Positions 48,685-60,703 of a stretch of 64,000 bases of DNA are shown here, piece by piece. The notes below the pieces were generated by a model that was not told the origin of the DNA, searched no databases, and worked only from the letters and a program-made list of their open reading frames with translations. Numbering within the stretch: the stretch's first letter is position 1; each line of letters starts with the position of its first letter. The stretch lies in contig NIVC01000487.1 of the NCBI GenBank assembly GCA_002269645.1, positions 314,893-378,892 on the forward strand, written 5' to 3'. This DNA is from Macrostomum lignano (Eukaryota). Position numbers and translations under genes: made by a program.

Positions 48685-49990
48685 CTGTAGGCATTGGTCA
48701 ATAGTATAGGCATTGGTCACTAGTGTAGGCATTGGTCACTAGTGTGGGCATTGGTCACTAGTGTAGGCATTGGTCACTAGTGTAGGCATTGGTCACTAGT
48801 GTAGGCATTGGTCACTAGTGTAGGCATTGGTCACTAGTGTAGGCATTGGTCACTAGTGTAGGCATTGGTCACTAGTGTAGGCATTGGTCACTAGTGTAGA
48901 CATTGGTCACTAGTGTAGGCATTGGTCACTAGTGTAGGCATTGGTCACTGTAGGCATTGGTCACTAGTGTAGGCATTGGTCACTAGTGTAGGCATTGGTC
49001 ACTAGTGTAGGCATTGGTCACTAGTGTAGGCATTGGTCACTGTAGGCATTGGTCACTAGTGTAGGCATTGGTCACTGTAGGCATTGGTCACTGTAGGCAT
49101 TGGTCACTAGTGTAGGCATTGGTCACTAGTGTAGGCATTGGTCACTGTAGGCATTGGTCACTAGTGTAGGCATTTGTCACTGTAGGCATTGGTCACTAGT
49201 GTAGGCATTGGTCACTAGTGTAGGCATTGGTCACTGTAGGCATTGGTCACTGTAGGCATTGGTCACTAGTGTAGGCATTGGTCACTAGTGTAGGCATTGG
49301 TCACTGTAGGCATTGGTCATTAGTGTAGGCATTGGTCACTGTAGGCATTGGTCACTAGTGTAGGCATTGGTCACTGTAGGCATTGGTCACTGTAGGCATT
49401 GGTCACTAGTGTAGGCATTGGTCACTGTAGGCATTGGTCACTGTAGGCATTGGTCACTAGTGTAGGCATTGGTCACTGTAGGCATTGGTCACTGTAGGCA
49501 TTGGTCACTAGTGTAGGCATTGGTCACTGTAGGCATTGGTCACTGTAGGCATTGGTCACTAGTGTAGGCATTGGTCACTGTAGGCATTGGTCACTAGTGT
49601 AGGCATTGGTCACTGTAGGCATTGGTCACTAGTGTAGGCATTGGTCACTGTAGGCATTGGTCACTAGTGTAGGCATTGGTCACTAGTGTAGGCATTGGTC
49701 ACTAGTGTAGGCATTGGTCACTGTAGGCATTGGTCACTAGTGTAGGCATTTGTCACTGTAGGCATTGGTCACTAGTGTAGGCATTGGTCACTGTAGGCAT
49801 TGGTCACTAGTGTAGGCATTTGTCACTGTAGGCATTGGTCACTAGTGTAGGCATTGGTTACTGTAGGCATTGGTCACTAGTGTAGGCATTTGTCACTGTA
49901 GGCATTGGTCACTAGTGTAGGCATTGGTTACTGTAGGCATTGGTCACTAGTGTAGGCATTGGTCACTAGTGTAAGCATTGGTCACTGTAG
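48685..49990. repeat. Minisatellite of mixed 19-bp and 16-bp units
   Basis: TAGTGTAGGCATTGGTCAC (19 bp) and TGTAGGCATTGGTCAC (16 bp). Confidence 0.95.
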
Positions 49991-50368
49991 ACATTGGCAG
50001 TTTCCACTGCAGGCAATGGCAGTTTCCACTGCAGGCAATGGCAGTTTCCACTGCAAGCATTGGCAGTTTCCACTGCAGGCAATGGCAGTTTCCACTGCAA
50101 GCATTGGCAGTTTCCACTGCAGGCAATGGCAGTTTCCACTGCAAGCATTGGCAGTTTCCACTGCAGGCAATGGCAGTTTCCACTGCAAGCATTGGCAGTT
50201 TCCACTGCAGGCAATGGCAGTTTCCACTGCAAGCATTGGCAGTTTCCACTGCAGGCAATGGCAGTTTCCACTGCAAGCATTGGCAGTTTCCACTGCAGGC
50301 AATGGCAGTTTCCACTGCAAGCATTGGCAGTTTCCACTGCAGGCAATGGCAGTTTCCACTGCAGGCAA
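49991..50368. repeat. 22-bp minisatellite with alternating variants (44-bp higher-order repeat)
   Basis: GGCAGTTTCCACTGCAGGCAAT alternating with GGCAGTTTCCACTGCAAGCATT. Confidence 0.95.
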
Positions 50369-50908
50369 TTAGCTGCGTGTAAAAATCTTTCTTAGAAATT
50401 CGCGAAGGTTCGGCAGAAGGTCAAATGTAGTAAAGTAAAATCCCACGCATCTCAGCCTATCCGGAGATCACGAAAATGAGCTCGGTCAGTTCACTATCTT
50501 CCCAAGATCTCACGGGCATTTGATTTCCAATCTCGCCCGTCAGAAATTTCCCCAGCAGTTCATTTCCCCTTCATCCTGAGATGCCCTCGCCCATGAGAAG
50601 GAGATAAGCAGATAGGAAATGAGAACGGTTGGAAAAAATAGCAAACGAAACGACTCGAGCAGAAGACTCACGGCTGCTGGACCCTTCATCACCTAACCAA
50701 CCCTCCTAGTTTCCAGCGCTCCCAGTTTCCCATTTCCTTAGCCAGTCTCCCCCATCCTTCTTCTTTTATCGATCCGTGCCAGCGCCAGACGCCAGAAAGC
50801 AATAAAAAGAGCTGAGAATATAAGCTCATAGGGAGGGGGGGGGCTCTACTGACTTGAAATCAATCGATCAATCAGCTCAGCCGCCAGGGAATCCTGCGCG
50901 CGCGCGCG

Positions 50909-50910
<2 letters not shown>

Positions 50911-50950
<40 letters not shown>
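50911..50950. repeat. (GA)n microsatellite
   Basis: About 20 GA units followed by a G-run. Confidence 0.9.
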
Positions 50951-50959
<9 letters not shown>

Positions 50960-51784
50960 CATGGCCCCCTCAGCGAGTTCCTATCTCCATCCTGTCACAC
51001 GTTCGCCCAGCCTCGCGCGCTCCTGCCAAATCCCGACCTTCTCCTCTTCCTTTAATGCCGGCCCCGCCGCCTGCTCCAGAAAATACTTCACTTGAGAGCA
51101 CAGAGAGCTCAGCTGAGAGTCGGCGGAGAGCTTGGCGCCTCCATCAGCCGCAGACTCTTGACTAATCTCAACAATTCCCTAGGCCCAACCCGGCTTCCTT
51201 CCCCTGCTCTATCCCCACTCCCAATATTCATGGGCAGCCGCAGCGGGCAGCCCAGCTCATTCATTCTCATTCCTTCTTCACTCTGCGCCACGATTTCTCA
51301 TATAGCGATGGAGCGGAGATGAGGGAGGGGGGGGGCAGTGGGAGACTGCAGGACTCAGATCGGATGGTGCTGTGCTTGGTCTATAATGGAACACGGAGGC
51401 GGCGCGTGAGTCCTTAGCAGTCATTACTGGGGGGGGGGGGCTGGCAACTGGGTGCTGGGGGCTGAGAGGGAGGGGGTTGGTAAAGGAATTGAGGAAAAAA
51501 TGGGGATGGAAGATTCTAGACTAAGGGCTTTGGCAGCGTCGCTAGCGGGTCCCAAATCTGCACACACACACACGCGCGCGCGCACACTCATTCCAATGTC
51601 CAGCAGTTGCAGCGACGGAACGAGAAAGGGAGGGGAGGGGAGAGGGAGGGGAGAAAAACCAAGGGGAGACGAGAATAGAGATGGGCGAGACACGGGCCCT
51701 TCCTTGGGCCTCAGACGCCTCGGGCCAGGCCCGACCGCCTCGCGTTCCTTCCCCACCCCCTCCGTCGGCCTTGGCCGCAGTCTA

Positions 51785-51911
51785 ATTGGTTGGCCGAACT
51801 GTTTAAATACCCGGGCCCCAAGGCGACTCCGGAGCCCCTTTGCTGCCCGGTCCGCCTCTCCGCTCCGACCTAACGCAGGCCTCCGTCTCCAAGCTGAAGC
51901 TTAAGGTAAGA
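51785..51911 (+). promoter_or_regulatory. Candidate promoter and non-coding first exon upstream of mir-96
   Basis: ATTGG box at ~51785, TATA-like TTTAAATA at 51802-51809 within GC-rich DNA, and a strong donor AAG|GTAAGA at 51906. Confidence 0.4.
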
Positions 51912-53245
51912 CTCTGCCGCACCTGTACCCTCCTCCCAATGTAGAGTGCCGCTGTTTTGTGCTGGTTTTTTGCATTGCGCCGGCAAAATTTGCTACAACG
52001 TCAATATTTGCTTAGTCATACTTAGTCATATTTGCTTCAACGTTGAGAGTTGAAGTAGCAGTACATTTTCTTATATGGCTAACTTTATGGCCAAATTGTG
52101 CAAATTTTTGTTCGCATTTACAGCCCCAATTTTTTGCTTCGGCCTCGTCATACGAGCGTATGCGCTTCTTAAACTTCTTTAATTTTGCTACACTCTGCAA
52201 GCCTTGCCTACATCGGAATCAGCTCTATTGAGGCCCACAGAAATCTTGCCGACAACTTGCAAACACACACAGGAATTTCTGATAGCCTTGAAACTTTAGC
52301 CTAGACACAGTCGAGCTTCGAGTCTAAGAAGAAAAGTTTTCTGCATCTCCATTTTTGGTTCGTAAAACTCTCGATCGTATCTGTTTCATGGCAGGAGGGG
52401 CTGGCGGGATAAAGAAATCGGATTAGGAAGGGTAGAGCGGGAAATGAAGCGAATCTCTCTCACACACACACTCTCTCTCTCTGCCCGCCACTCACAAGGA
52501 TGCGACTCAGAGAGATGGGGAACGGCGAGAGCCGCTTCGGCAACTCTCGCGCCCGACTAACTCAGTTTGAAGGCCGAGGCTTGAACCACTTTGTCAGCGT
52601 GGGAGTTGAGCAACGGGGATGGCTGGGTGGGCTGAGGAAATGAAATAGACTGCGGGACTAATGAGCTTCTCTAGCCGGCTTCCCTCAGCCTCTCGCTATA
52701 TACTTCACCCCCAATCTTCATCAATACTCCCGTCCGTCTCCAAAGTGGAACAGCAACCCCCATCTCTCAGTCGGCTAGCTAGAGATCGATAGCACTTATT
52801 GGAAATCGGTGAGCCTTACTACGGAGGCTGAGTTTCCCTCACACTACCTACGCCACTCCATCAAAGCCGTGGCTTCATAACCGATTTTGAGCCCAAAAAA
52901 ATTATTTATGCATTTTTACGAGTTCTGTGCCGCAGCAGTTCTGTACAGTTTTCAGCTGCTTTTGCTGGTTATCCATAGCGACCGTTTTCTTTTTCTCTCG
53001 CTCTGCTTGCTTTTTTATTTCTGCTCCTTCCTGTCTTACTGAAGCATTTATGCAAATTTGACAGACCAGAGCTGGTCTTAGTTTGACACTTTGCTGCTTA
53101 GATACCGATTTTTTCTCTCTCTGGCGTGCTTGAGAATTTCCTGCGAGCTAGCACCACTACTTAGACAGCAAGCGAAAGCAGACTGCTTGCATAGAGACAA
53201 ACTGAAGCATGAATTTACTATGCTTATACACAGTTCTCTTTAACG

Positions 53246-53327
53246 GAGTTCGCAGCTCTTGGCACTGATGGAATCGTCGCAGTTGCTCGGACCCCGCCGG
53301 CTCTGTCAGTGTCAAATGGGGCGACTC
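53246..53327 (+). ncRNA. mir-96: pre-miRNA, miR-96 family (mature 5p 53258-53280 CUUGGCACUGAUGGAAUCGUCGC)
   Basis: miR-96 seed UUGGCAC and overall similarity to invertebrate miR-96 (CUUGGCACU..GGAAU..). By hand it pairs 19 of 21 positions (including G:U) with 53295-53316 across a ~14-nt loop, and has a lower stem GAGTTCGC/GCGACTC. Confidence 0.8.
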
Positions 53328-55184
53328 TCTGATCGACGGCTCTGATTAATGTACAGACCCACTTTGCTGTAACCCACAACTTCTATCATCTGTCTGCATG
53401 CTGTTCAACTGCAAAAATATACGCTGACAAGACACAACTGTGTGCCAATTTTTTTTGGACAATTTCGGACAAAGTCTTCAAAACGAAAACGAGCATTGAT
53501 TTGTAAACTTCTAAAAACTCTTGAAACGCATCGTTAGAAAAAGAATTGACCACAAAAACAACTTTCTTTTTAGTTGAAGAAGATGCCCGCTTCACGCCAC
53601 TGTCGCATGCTACAGTCTGAAAGGAAAATAAATGAAAGGGGCGAAAAAGGCTTTCGAGGGGGCGGTGATGAGGGGGAGGCTAAGGCGACTGGGAGGGCGC
53701 GTGTTCTGGCCTCGGGGGCTCGGGGGGGGGGGGGGCTCAGGGCTGCGGGGCCACAATCTCTCCTTTCCCCTCCCACCCTGCGTCATTAGCGGCAGGGCGC
53801 TCGCGGCACAGGAAATTGGAGGGAGGGGGGGCAGTGAAGGCTAGGAGAGGCGGCTCGCTCCTTCTGCTTCTACATGCATGGCTTGCTGCTTCAAGCCCGA
53901 CTTTTCTTTTCCTCCTCTTCTTCCGTCTTCGTCCCAATCAAGTTCGCCAATCACCCTAGGGGGGGGGGGGGCAGAGGATGGGGAACTGCCTGGCTGCCCG
54001 CCTGTCTGCCTTCTTTCAATCTGCTTGAAGCTGAGCTGTGGCTGTGTCTGCATCTATCTATATGCATATGCACGGATGGGTGTGTGTGTGTGTGTATACA
54101 AGAGAGCTTTTTGCGCCTAATTGCTTCGTCCAAGACATTTCGAACTGCTAGTTGCCTGTCAGTCAGCAGCCGGACTTCGCCACCTACCCCAGTATTTAGG
54201 CAGCTTAGGTATTTGGGAACTGTTGGCTATTCAGTTGTGTAGGAGTGAGAGTATATAGTTCTAGTTAGGCCCGACTGATTAACAGCTGCAGGCGGCTGCT
54301 GCTTCTACTAAAAGCAGATGGAAGCAGGTGCAAATTCAATCCGATTTCGTCCGCTCGACTAAACTGGGAACGAAGTTTTTTCCTCCAAATTTCGAATTCT
54401 CGTTAAAAGCGATAAGGGCAGTGCTGCGTACTGCGGTTCGAGAGACTCATAAAATGAGACCCACTCTCTGCAGAGGCAAGAAGTCGAAGCAGCTCAGCTC
54501 GAATGTCGAAACACCTTAATTGCCGCTGTCGTGCCGTCCACCCCTCGTGATTCGGCACGCGAGGACCTTCCTATACCTGCCTTGATGATCCTCAACAGCA
54601 AAGCAAAAAGCCCCCTTTCAGTCCCCCTAATTAATGGGGCAACGTGTGAGCGCGCACGGCCACATAGGTATGCCCGGGGCCTGTCTAATCTAGAACTTAT
54701 CTACCTACCTAATCTAATCCTTTCCTTTCCTCCTGTTTTTTTCGCATCAGGGGTATTTTTAGCCTACAGCGAAAGCCAAGTGACATTTACCTGTGGCCTG
54801 TTTTGTTCTAAACCTTGAGTCCCGCGTCTCTCATTGTAAGCTAAAAACTCATGCACATTATAATTAAGGAGAAGGCCAGAAGTTGAGCTATATAGGCATT
54901 AGAGACTGAAGACTTGAAATCCGAAACCTGCAACCTACAGAAATGTATGCGCATTTGGTTAGTTTGCCTGCACCCTGCTGTGTGAAACCTGGCTGGCTGC
55001 ATTCTGGCAGGAACAAAGTCCTGCAATTTGGCATACTAGGCTTGTATAGTTACATACGTGAGCGCTGACTCAGTCAAAGCAGTCTTGGCATGTGTATGTG
55101 TGACTGTTTACAGCTAATCCAGATATTTTTCAGTGCAATCATAGTTCAGCAAGAACTTTAATAAAAAACATCTATTGAAACCAA

Positions 55185-55985
55185 TATCCCCTTAAACCTC
55201 GATGCTCAACCATAAACACCCATGAGTCCATGACAATATCCCTTTAAACCCCGATGCTCAACCATAAACACCCAATTGAGTCCAAGACTGACCATTTCCA
55301 TTTAAACCCCGATGCTCAACCATAAACACCCAATTGAGTCCAAGACTGACCATTTCCATTTAAACCCCGATGCTCAACCATAAACACCCAATTGAGTCCA
55401 AGACTGACCATTTCCATTTAAACCCCGATGCTCAACCATAAACACCCAATTGAGTCCAAGACTGACCATTTCCATTTAAACCTCGATGCTCAACCATAAA
55501 CACCCTTGAGCCCATGATTGCCAATACCCCCTTAAACCTCGATGCTCAACCTTTAACACCCTTGAGTTCATGACAATATCCCCTTAAACCTCGATGCTCA
55601 AAATTAAACACCCTTGAGTCCATGACTGAGAAAACCCCCTTAAACCTCGATGCTCAACCTTAAACACCTTGAGCCCATGATTGCCAATACCCCCTTAAAC
55701 CTCGATGCTAAACCTTAAACACCCTTGAGTCCATGACAATATCCATTTAAACCTCGATGCTCAACCTTAAAACACCCTTGAGTCCATAACAACATCCATT
55801 TAAACCTCGATGCTCAACCTTCAAACACCCTTGAGTCCATGACAATATCCCCTTAAACCTCGATGCTCAACCTTAAAACACCCTTGGGTCCATGACAATT
55901 TCCCCTCAAACCTCGATGCTCAACCTTAAAACACCCTTGAGTCCATGACAATATCCATTTAAACCTCGATTCTCAACCTTAAACA
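55185..55985. repeat. 52-58-bp degenerate minisatellite, ~14 copies
   Basis: Core TTAAACCTCGATGCTCAACCTTAAAACACCCTTGAGTCCATGACAAT. Confidence 0.9.
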
Positions 55986-56890
55986 CCCCTGAACCTGTGG
56001 AGCCATTGTTTAAACTTCAATGCATTATTGCTTAAGCCTATTTTAATCTCAATTAATTTAGTTAATAAAATAATTTTTCAGAATCCCAACTCCCCTGAAT
56101 AACCAACAGCAGTGCTGGCCTACTGACCCGCATCCAACCACGTGAAGCGGATCATTCCCAAAGGAAATGTGAATAAGCACGCGAGACCGGTTCACTTCTG
56201 GATAATTTTGATGTGGAGCCGGGAATCTGGACGCGAACGATGAAAAGGACTCAAACTTTTGGCAGCTGTCGGAGCACAGACGGACCGCTCTGACCTCAGC
56301 GCGGACCAACGGATGCGAGTGGATGTCAATCAGCATGAATGCCTTCCCTTCAGATCCCCAGCTTAGCCTCTCCTACCGATGGGGGGGACTTCTTTTTTCC
56401 TCATCATCTTGCGGTCCAAGCATGAAATTTGATGGCCAGAAAGAGGCGGGAGGCCGGTGCGAGTTCAGCAGTAAAGGGTGATCTCAGCGTTTCTCTTCTG
56501 TCTCGTTGATTTTTTTTTGAAACTCTGAACTGAAGCCGGTCGCCCCTGCAGTTCAAAGCAGTTCAGTGAGGCCGAGCCCCGCTAAACTCATTGAGTTCAC
56601 CTGGCAGCTGCGGCAGCAAAATCTTTTCTTCTCAGACCAAAGTTGAGAGTTGGAAAAACTGGGGGTGGGGGGTGCTTTGAATTGAAGCATGCTGGGATTT
56701 TTGTGCACCGGTAGACCTCGGCCTGGCCTTGCCCCCCAGGCATTGCTGAATGGCCATAGCCGGGTCGCAGGAGGACGGAAAACTCTTTCAGCCGGCTTCC
56801 TGTAACCCGCAACTGCCCATGAGTGCTGGATGGAGTCAAGCCGACCGGCCTGCTTAAAAAGTAAAAAAAAATTTTCGGAACCTTGGAGAC

Positions 56891-56893
<3 letters not shown>

Positions 56894-56922
<29 letters not shown>
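56894..56922. repeat. (GA)n microsatellite
   Basis: About 14 GA units. Confidence 0.9.
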
Positions 56923-56926
<4 letters not shown>

Positions 56927-57554
56927 GAAATTCTGATCGTGGGGAGTCTGGCTGATGGGGATGGGGAGGCTGTATAGAGTGACTGGCGCCCTGATGAGGC
57001 TGACTCACCCTGCAGCCATGCAGCTGCCAGGCTTCCCTTGAATGCTAATCTCCCCCCTCTCCTCTTTGGAAGTCTGGCCACCCTGGCCCAGATTGAATTA
57101 ATCAATTAATGCAAGTTATAAACACAGATATGGCCCCGACCTACGTTAGTTATATCCTACCAAAGCAGCCTCCCAAACCTCAGAAATCTGTTTGGGCTTT
57201 GCTCCGATCGTGCAGCTCTCCGCCAGAGAATCTGCTTTTCCCTCCGTTCTTCTGTCTCTGCCTCGCTGCAGCCTCCATTCTACAGAGTCGCCATTTCCCG
57301 TCTGCCCCGCGTTATCTTCCAGTCGAATGAGTCTCTGCTCTGTCTGCTCATGAGTTATTGATTCGATTTTTGGGAGGAAGGGGGGTTAAACTTCATTGCA
57401 GCAGTGTCTGGATAAAATTCTTCACAGATAAATCTGTTCTGACTGAACTACTTTTGCTACTAGTAGTAATATGCGCTTTCCGCGGCTAAAAGTTTCGCAA
57501 ATAATTTATGCTCAAATAAATTATCTTCCCCGAGTTGAAGTTGGCCCTTGGCTT

Positions 57555-57870
57555 AAAATTTAATCTACATTTAATCTACATCTACATCTAATCTAATCTG
57601 CATCCAATCTAATCTACGTCTTATCTAATTTACATCTAATCTAATCTGCATCCAATCTAATATACATCTCATCTAATATACGTCTAATCTAATCTACGTC
57701 TAATGTAATTTAAATCTAATCTAGTCTAATCTACATCTAATATAATTTAAATCTAATCTAATCTAATCTACATCTAATCGAATTTGCATCTAATCTAACC
57801 TACATTCAATCTAATTTATTTTAATACAATTTTTAATTAATTTGAATTCAATCGAACCCACTCTAATCTA
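57555..57870. repeat. Degenerate (ATCTA)n pentamer tract
   Basis: Repeated TCTAA/ATCTA. Confidence 0.85.
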
Positions 57871-58251
57871 GTTAAGTTTATTGTATCTGATAGATGTCCG
57901 CTCGGCCTTAAAACCAAACAGAGACTGAAAGTTGAAAAATATTTATCAATGCAATCAACTGTATCGCATATTTTCTGAATTCCTAGAGATTAATTTTAAA
58001 TTTCCAATTGCATGAATTCTTCGCATACCTTCTAGTTGCCTGGATTCCAGTATGCTGAGAGCATTAAACTTCATAAAGTTATTTAAAATTTTCAATCAAT
58101 GAACCTCTGGAATTCTCAATTCTCAGACAGCAAAAAAGTTTGCTTTAAAAGAATCGGTTTCTGTCAGGATAATAGCAAACACTTTCGATTAAATAAAACA
58201 AAGATTAAAATCACTCTGTTAAAAATTATTTAATAGACTCAGATAGTAGCT

Positions 58252-60329
58252 ATGAGAGCCCTTACAGTTGCAGCTGCAGTCCTTCTGGTAGCAATCTGTG
58301 CTCAAGCAGACTGGCGGGTGCCTGAATGCCTGCCTGGCAGCTACATGGACTCAAGCAGCCCGCACTACAAGTACTGTCGGCCTTGCCCGCCAGGTCTGTA
58401 CTCAAATTCTGTCGGAGCGCCGCGCTGTAAAGCCTGCGACTTGAACTTCGCCATGGCAAGGAAGGAAGGCATGAGCAGGTGTGACTGGTGCTCTGACGGG
58501 GCCACCACTGAAAACAGCCGCACCTGCCTCAGTGAGTGACAGCGGAGTAGGCAAAGAGGGGCCATGACTCCTCCTAGAAACTGACTCGCTAAAACTGATC
58601 CTAAGAATGTACCTCCCTAATAATGTCAATTTTAGAATGTACCCCTCCCTGAGAATGTCTGTTTTACAATGGACGCCTCCCTAAGAATGTCTATTTTACA
58701 ATGGACCCCTCCCTAAGAATGTCTATTTTAGAATGTACCCCTCCCTTAGACTGTCTATTTTAGAATGTACCCTCCCTTAGAATGTCTATTTTAGAATGTA
58801 CCCCTCCCTAAGAATGTCTATTTTAGAATGTACTCCTCCCTTAGAATGTCTATTTTAGAATGTACCCCTCCCTTAGACTGTCTATTTTAGAATGTACCCC
58901 TCCCTAAGAATGTCTATTTTAGAATGTACCCCTCCCTAAGGCTGTATTTTAGAATGTACCCCTCCCTAAGAATGTCTATTTTAGAATGTACCCTCCCTTA
59001 GAATGTCTATTTTAGAATGTACCCCTCCCTTAGAATGTCTATTTTAGAATGTACCCCTCCCTTAGAATGTCTATTTTAGAATGTACCCCTCCCTAAGAAT
59101 GTCTATTTTAGAATGGACCCCTCACTAAGAATGTCTGTTTTAGAATGTACCCCTCCCTTAGACTGTCTATTTTAGAATGTACCCCTCCCTTAGACTGTCT
59201 ATTTTAGAATGTACCCCTCCCTTAGACTGTCTGTTTTAGAATGTACCCCTCCCTTAGACTGTCTGTTTTAGAATGTACCCCTCCCTTAGACTGTTTATTT
59301 TAGAATGTACCCCTCCCTAAGAATGTCTATTTTAGAATGTACCCCTCCCTAAGAATGTCTGTTTTAGAATGTACCCCTCCCTTAGACTGTCTATTTTAGA
59401 ATGTACCCCTCCCTTAGACTGTCTATTTTAGAATGTACCCCTCCCTTAGACTGTCTGTTTTAGAATGTACCCCTTCCTTAGACTGTCTATTTTAGAATGT
59501 ACCCCTCCCTTAGACTGTCTGTTTTAGAATGTACCCCTCCCTTAGACTGTCTGTTTTAGAATGTACCCCTCCCTTAGACTGTCTGTTTTAGAATGTACCC
59601 CTCCCTAAGAATGTCTGTTTTAGAATGTACCCCTCCCTTAGACTGTCTATTTTAGAATGTACCCCTCCCTAAGAATGTCTGTTTTAGAATGTACCCCTCC
59701 CTTAGACTGTCTGTTTTAGAATGTACCCCTCCCTAAGAATGTCTGTTTTAGAATGTACCCCTCCCTTAGACTGTCTATTTTAGAATGTACCCCTCCCTTA
59801 GACTGTCTATTTTAGAATGCACCCCTCCCTTTGAATTTATATTTTAGAATGTACCCCTTTCTAAGAATGTCTATAAAAAGATTTAAAATGTCACAGAATA
59901 TCCGTGAACACTCCACCAAAAGCCAAACAAACAAAATTTGCTCCAGCCAACATCAGGCTGCTGTGCAACCCAAGCGACCCCGGCAGCGAGGTGTGCAGGA
60001 AGACAACAGACAGACAGTTCAACACATTCGCCACCATTCCGGCCGGCTCCACCGTGCGATACCGACTTGAGCGACCGGCCAAGCTGGCCAGCATCACATT
60101 TCTAAGAAAAAACGACTGCTGCTCGGACGACGTTGAGGACTTGAAGATCACCCTGTCGGACAACAGCTGGTGCACTATCAGCAGGGAGAACACTAAACGA
60201 TGGAGCACTAAGAAGTACGTGCGCATGAATCACTGTACCTCTCGAGACTATATCGAATACTTTGAAGTGAGCACTTGGAAGCGAAGCGGCAGCGTCACGT
60301 TCCGGGAAATCCAGTTTGACAGCTTATAA
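58252..60329 (+). CDS. Secreted ~220-aa protein: Cys-rich (GCC2_GCC3/TNFR-like) repeat plus an F-type-lectin/discoidin-like domain
   Basis: Exon 58252-58531 (signal peptide MRALTVAAAVLLVAICAQA; CLPGSY...CRPCPPGLYSNSVGAPRCKAC; A|gtgagt) plus exon 59947-60329 (ctccag|CC, phase 1; ITFLRKNDCCSDDVEDLKITL). Confidence 0.8.
58600..59875. repeat. 32-bp intronic minisatellite, ~39 copies
   Basis: Unit TTTTAGAATGTACCCCTCCCTTAGACTGTCTA. Confidence 0.95.
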
Positions 60330-60703
60330 TACATTATAATTACCTGAACGGCCAACAGCAACATAACAACTCTTAACAAATATAACTATTGACGTTGAAA
60401 AAACTTGGCGAACGATAATTTTCGAATACGCGGCCAGTTGATTTTGTTGCAACTTTTTTATTATTTTTGAATTCAAGTTTCAAAGGATGCTACTGTAAGT
60501 AGCGATGCAAAAATAATTCGGCTACATGCGCTTTATTCGATAGAGAAAACTTAGAACTTTGGCATTGTGACGCATTTTCACGCAATTAAAATTTAGAAAT
60601 AAATAAACATTGATGGCGATTTCCAGTGCAATTATTCACACTACTCATAGTAGAGAAGAAAACAAGTAGACTATTTACTGTTATAAAATATCTGGTTAAA
60701 CGG

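Noticed and set aside
48685-50395. CRISPR array or Cys-rich ORFs (AVETAIACSGN...)
   Set aside because: No unique spacers; the ORFs are translations of the 22/44-bp repeat.
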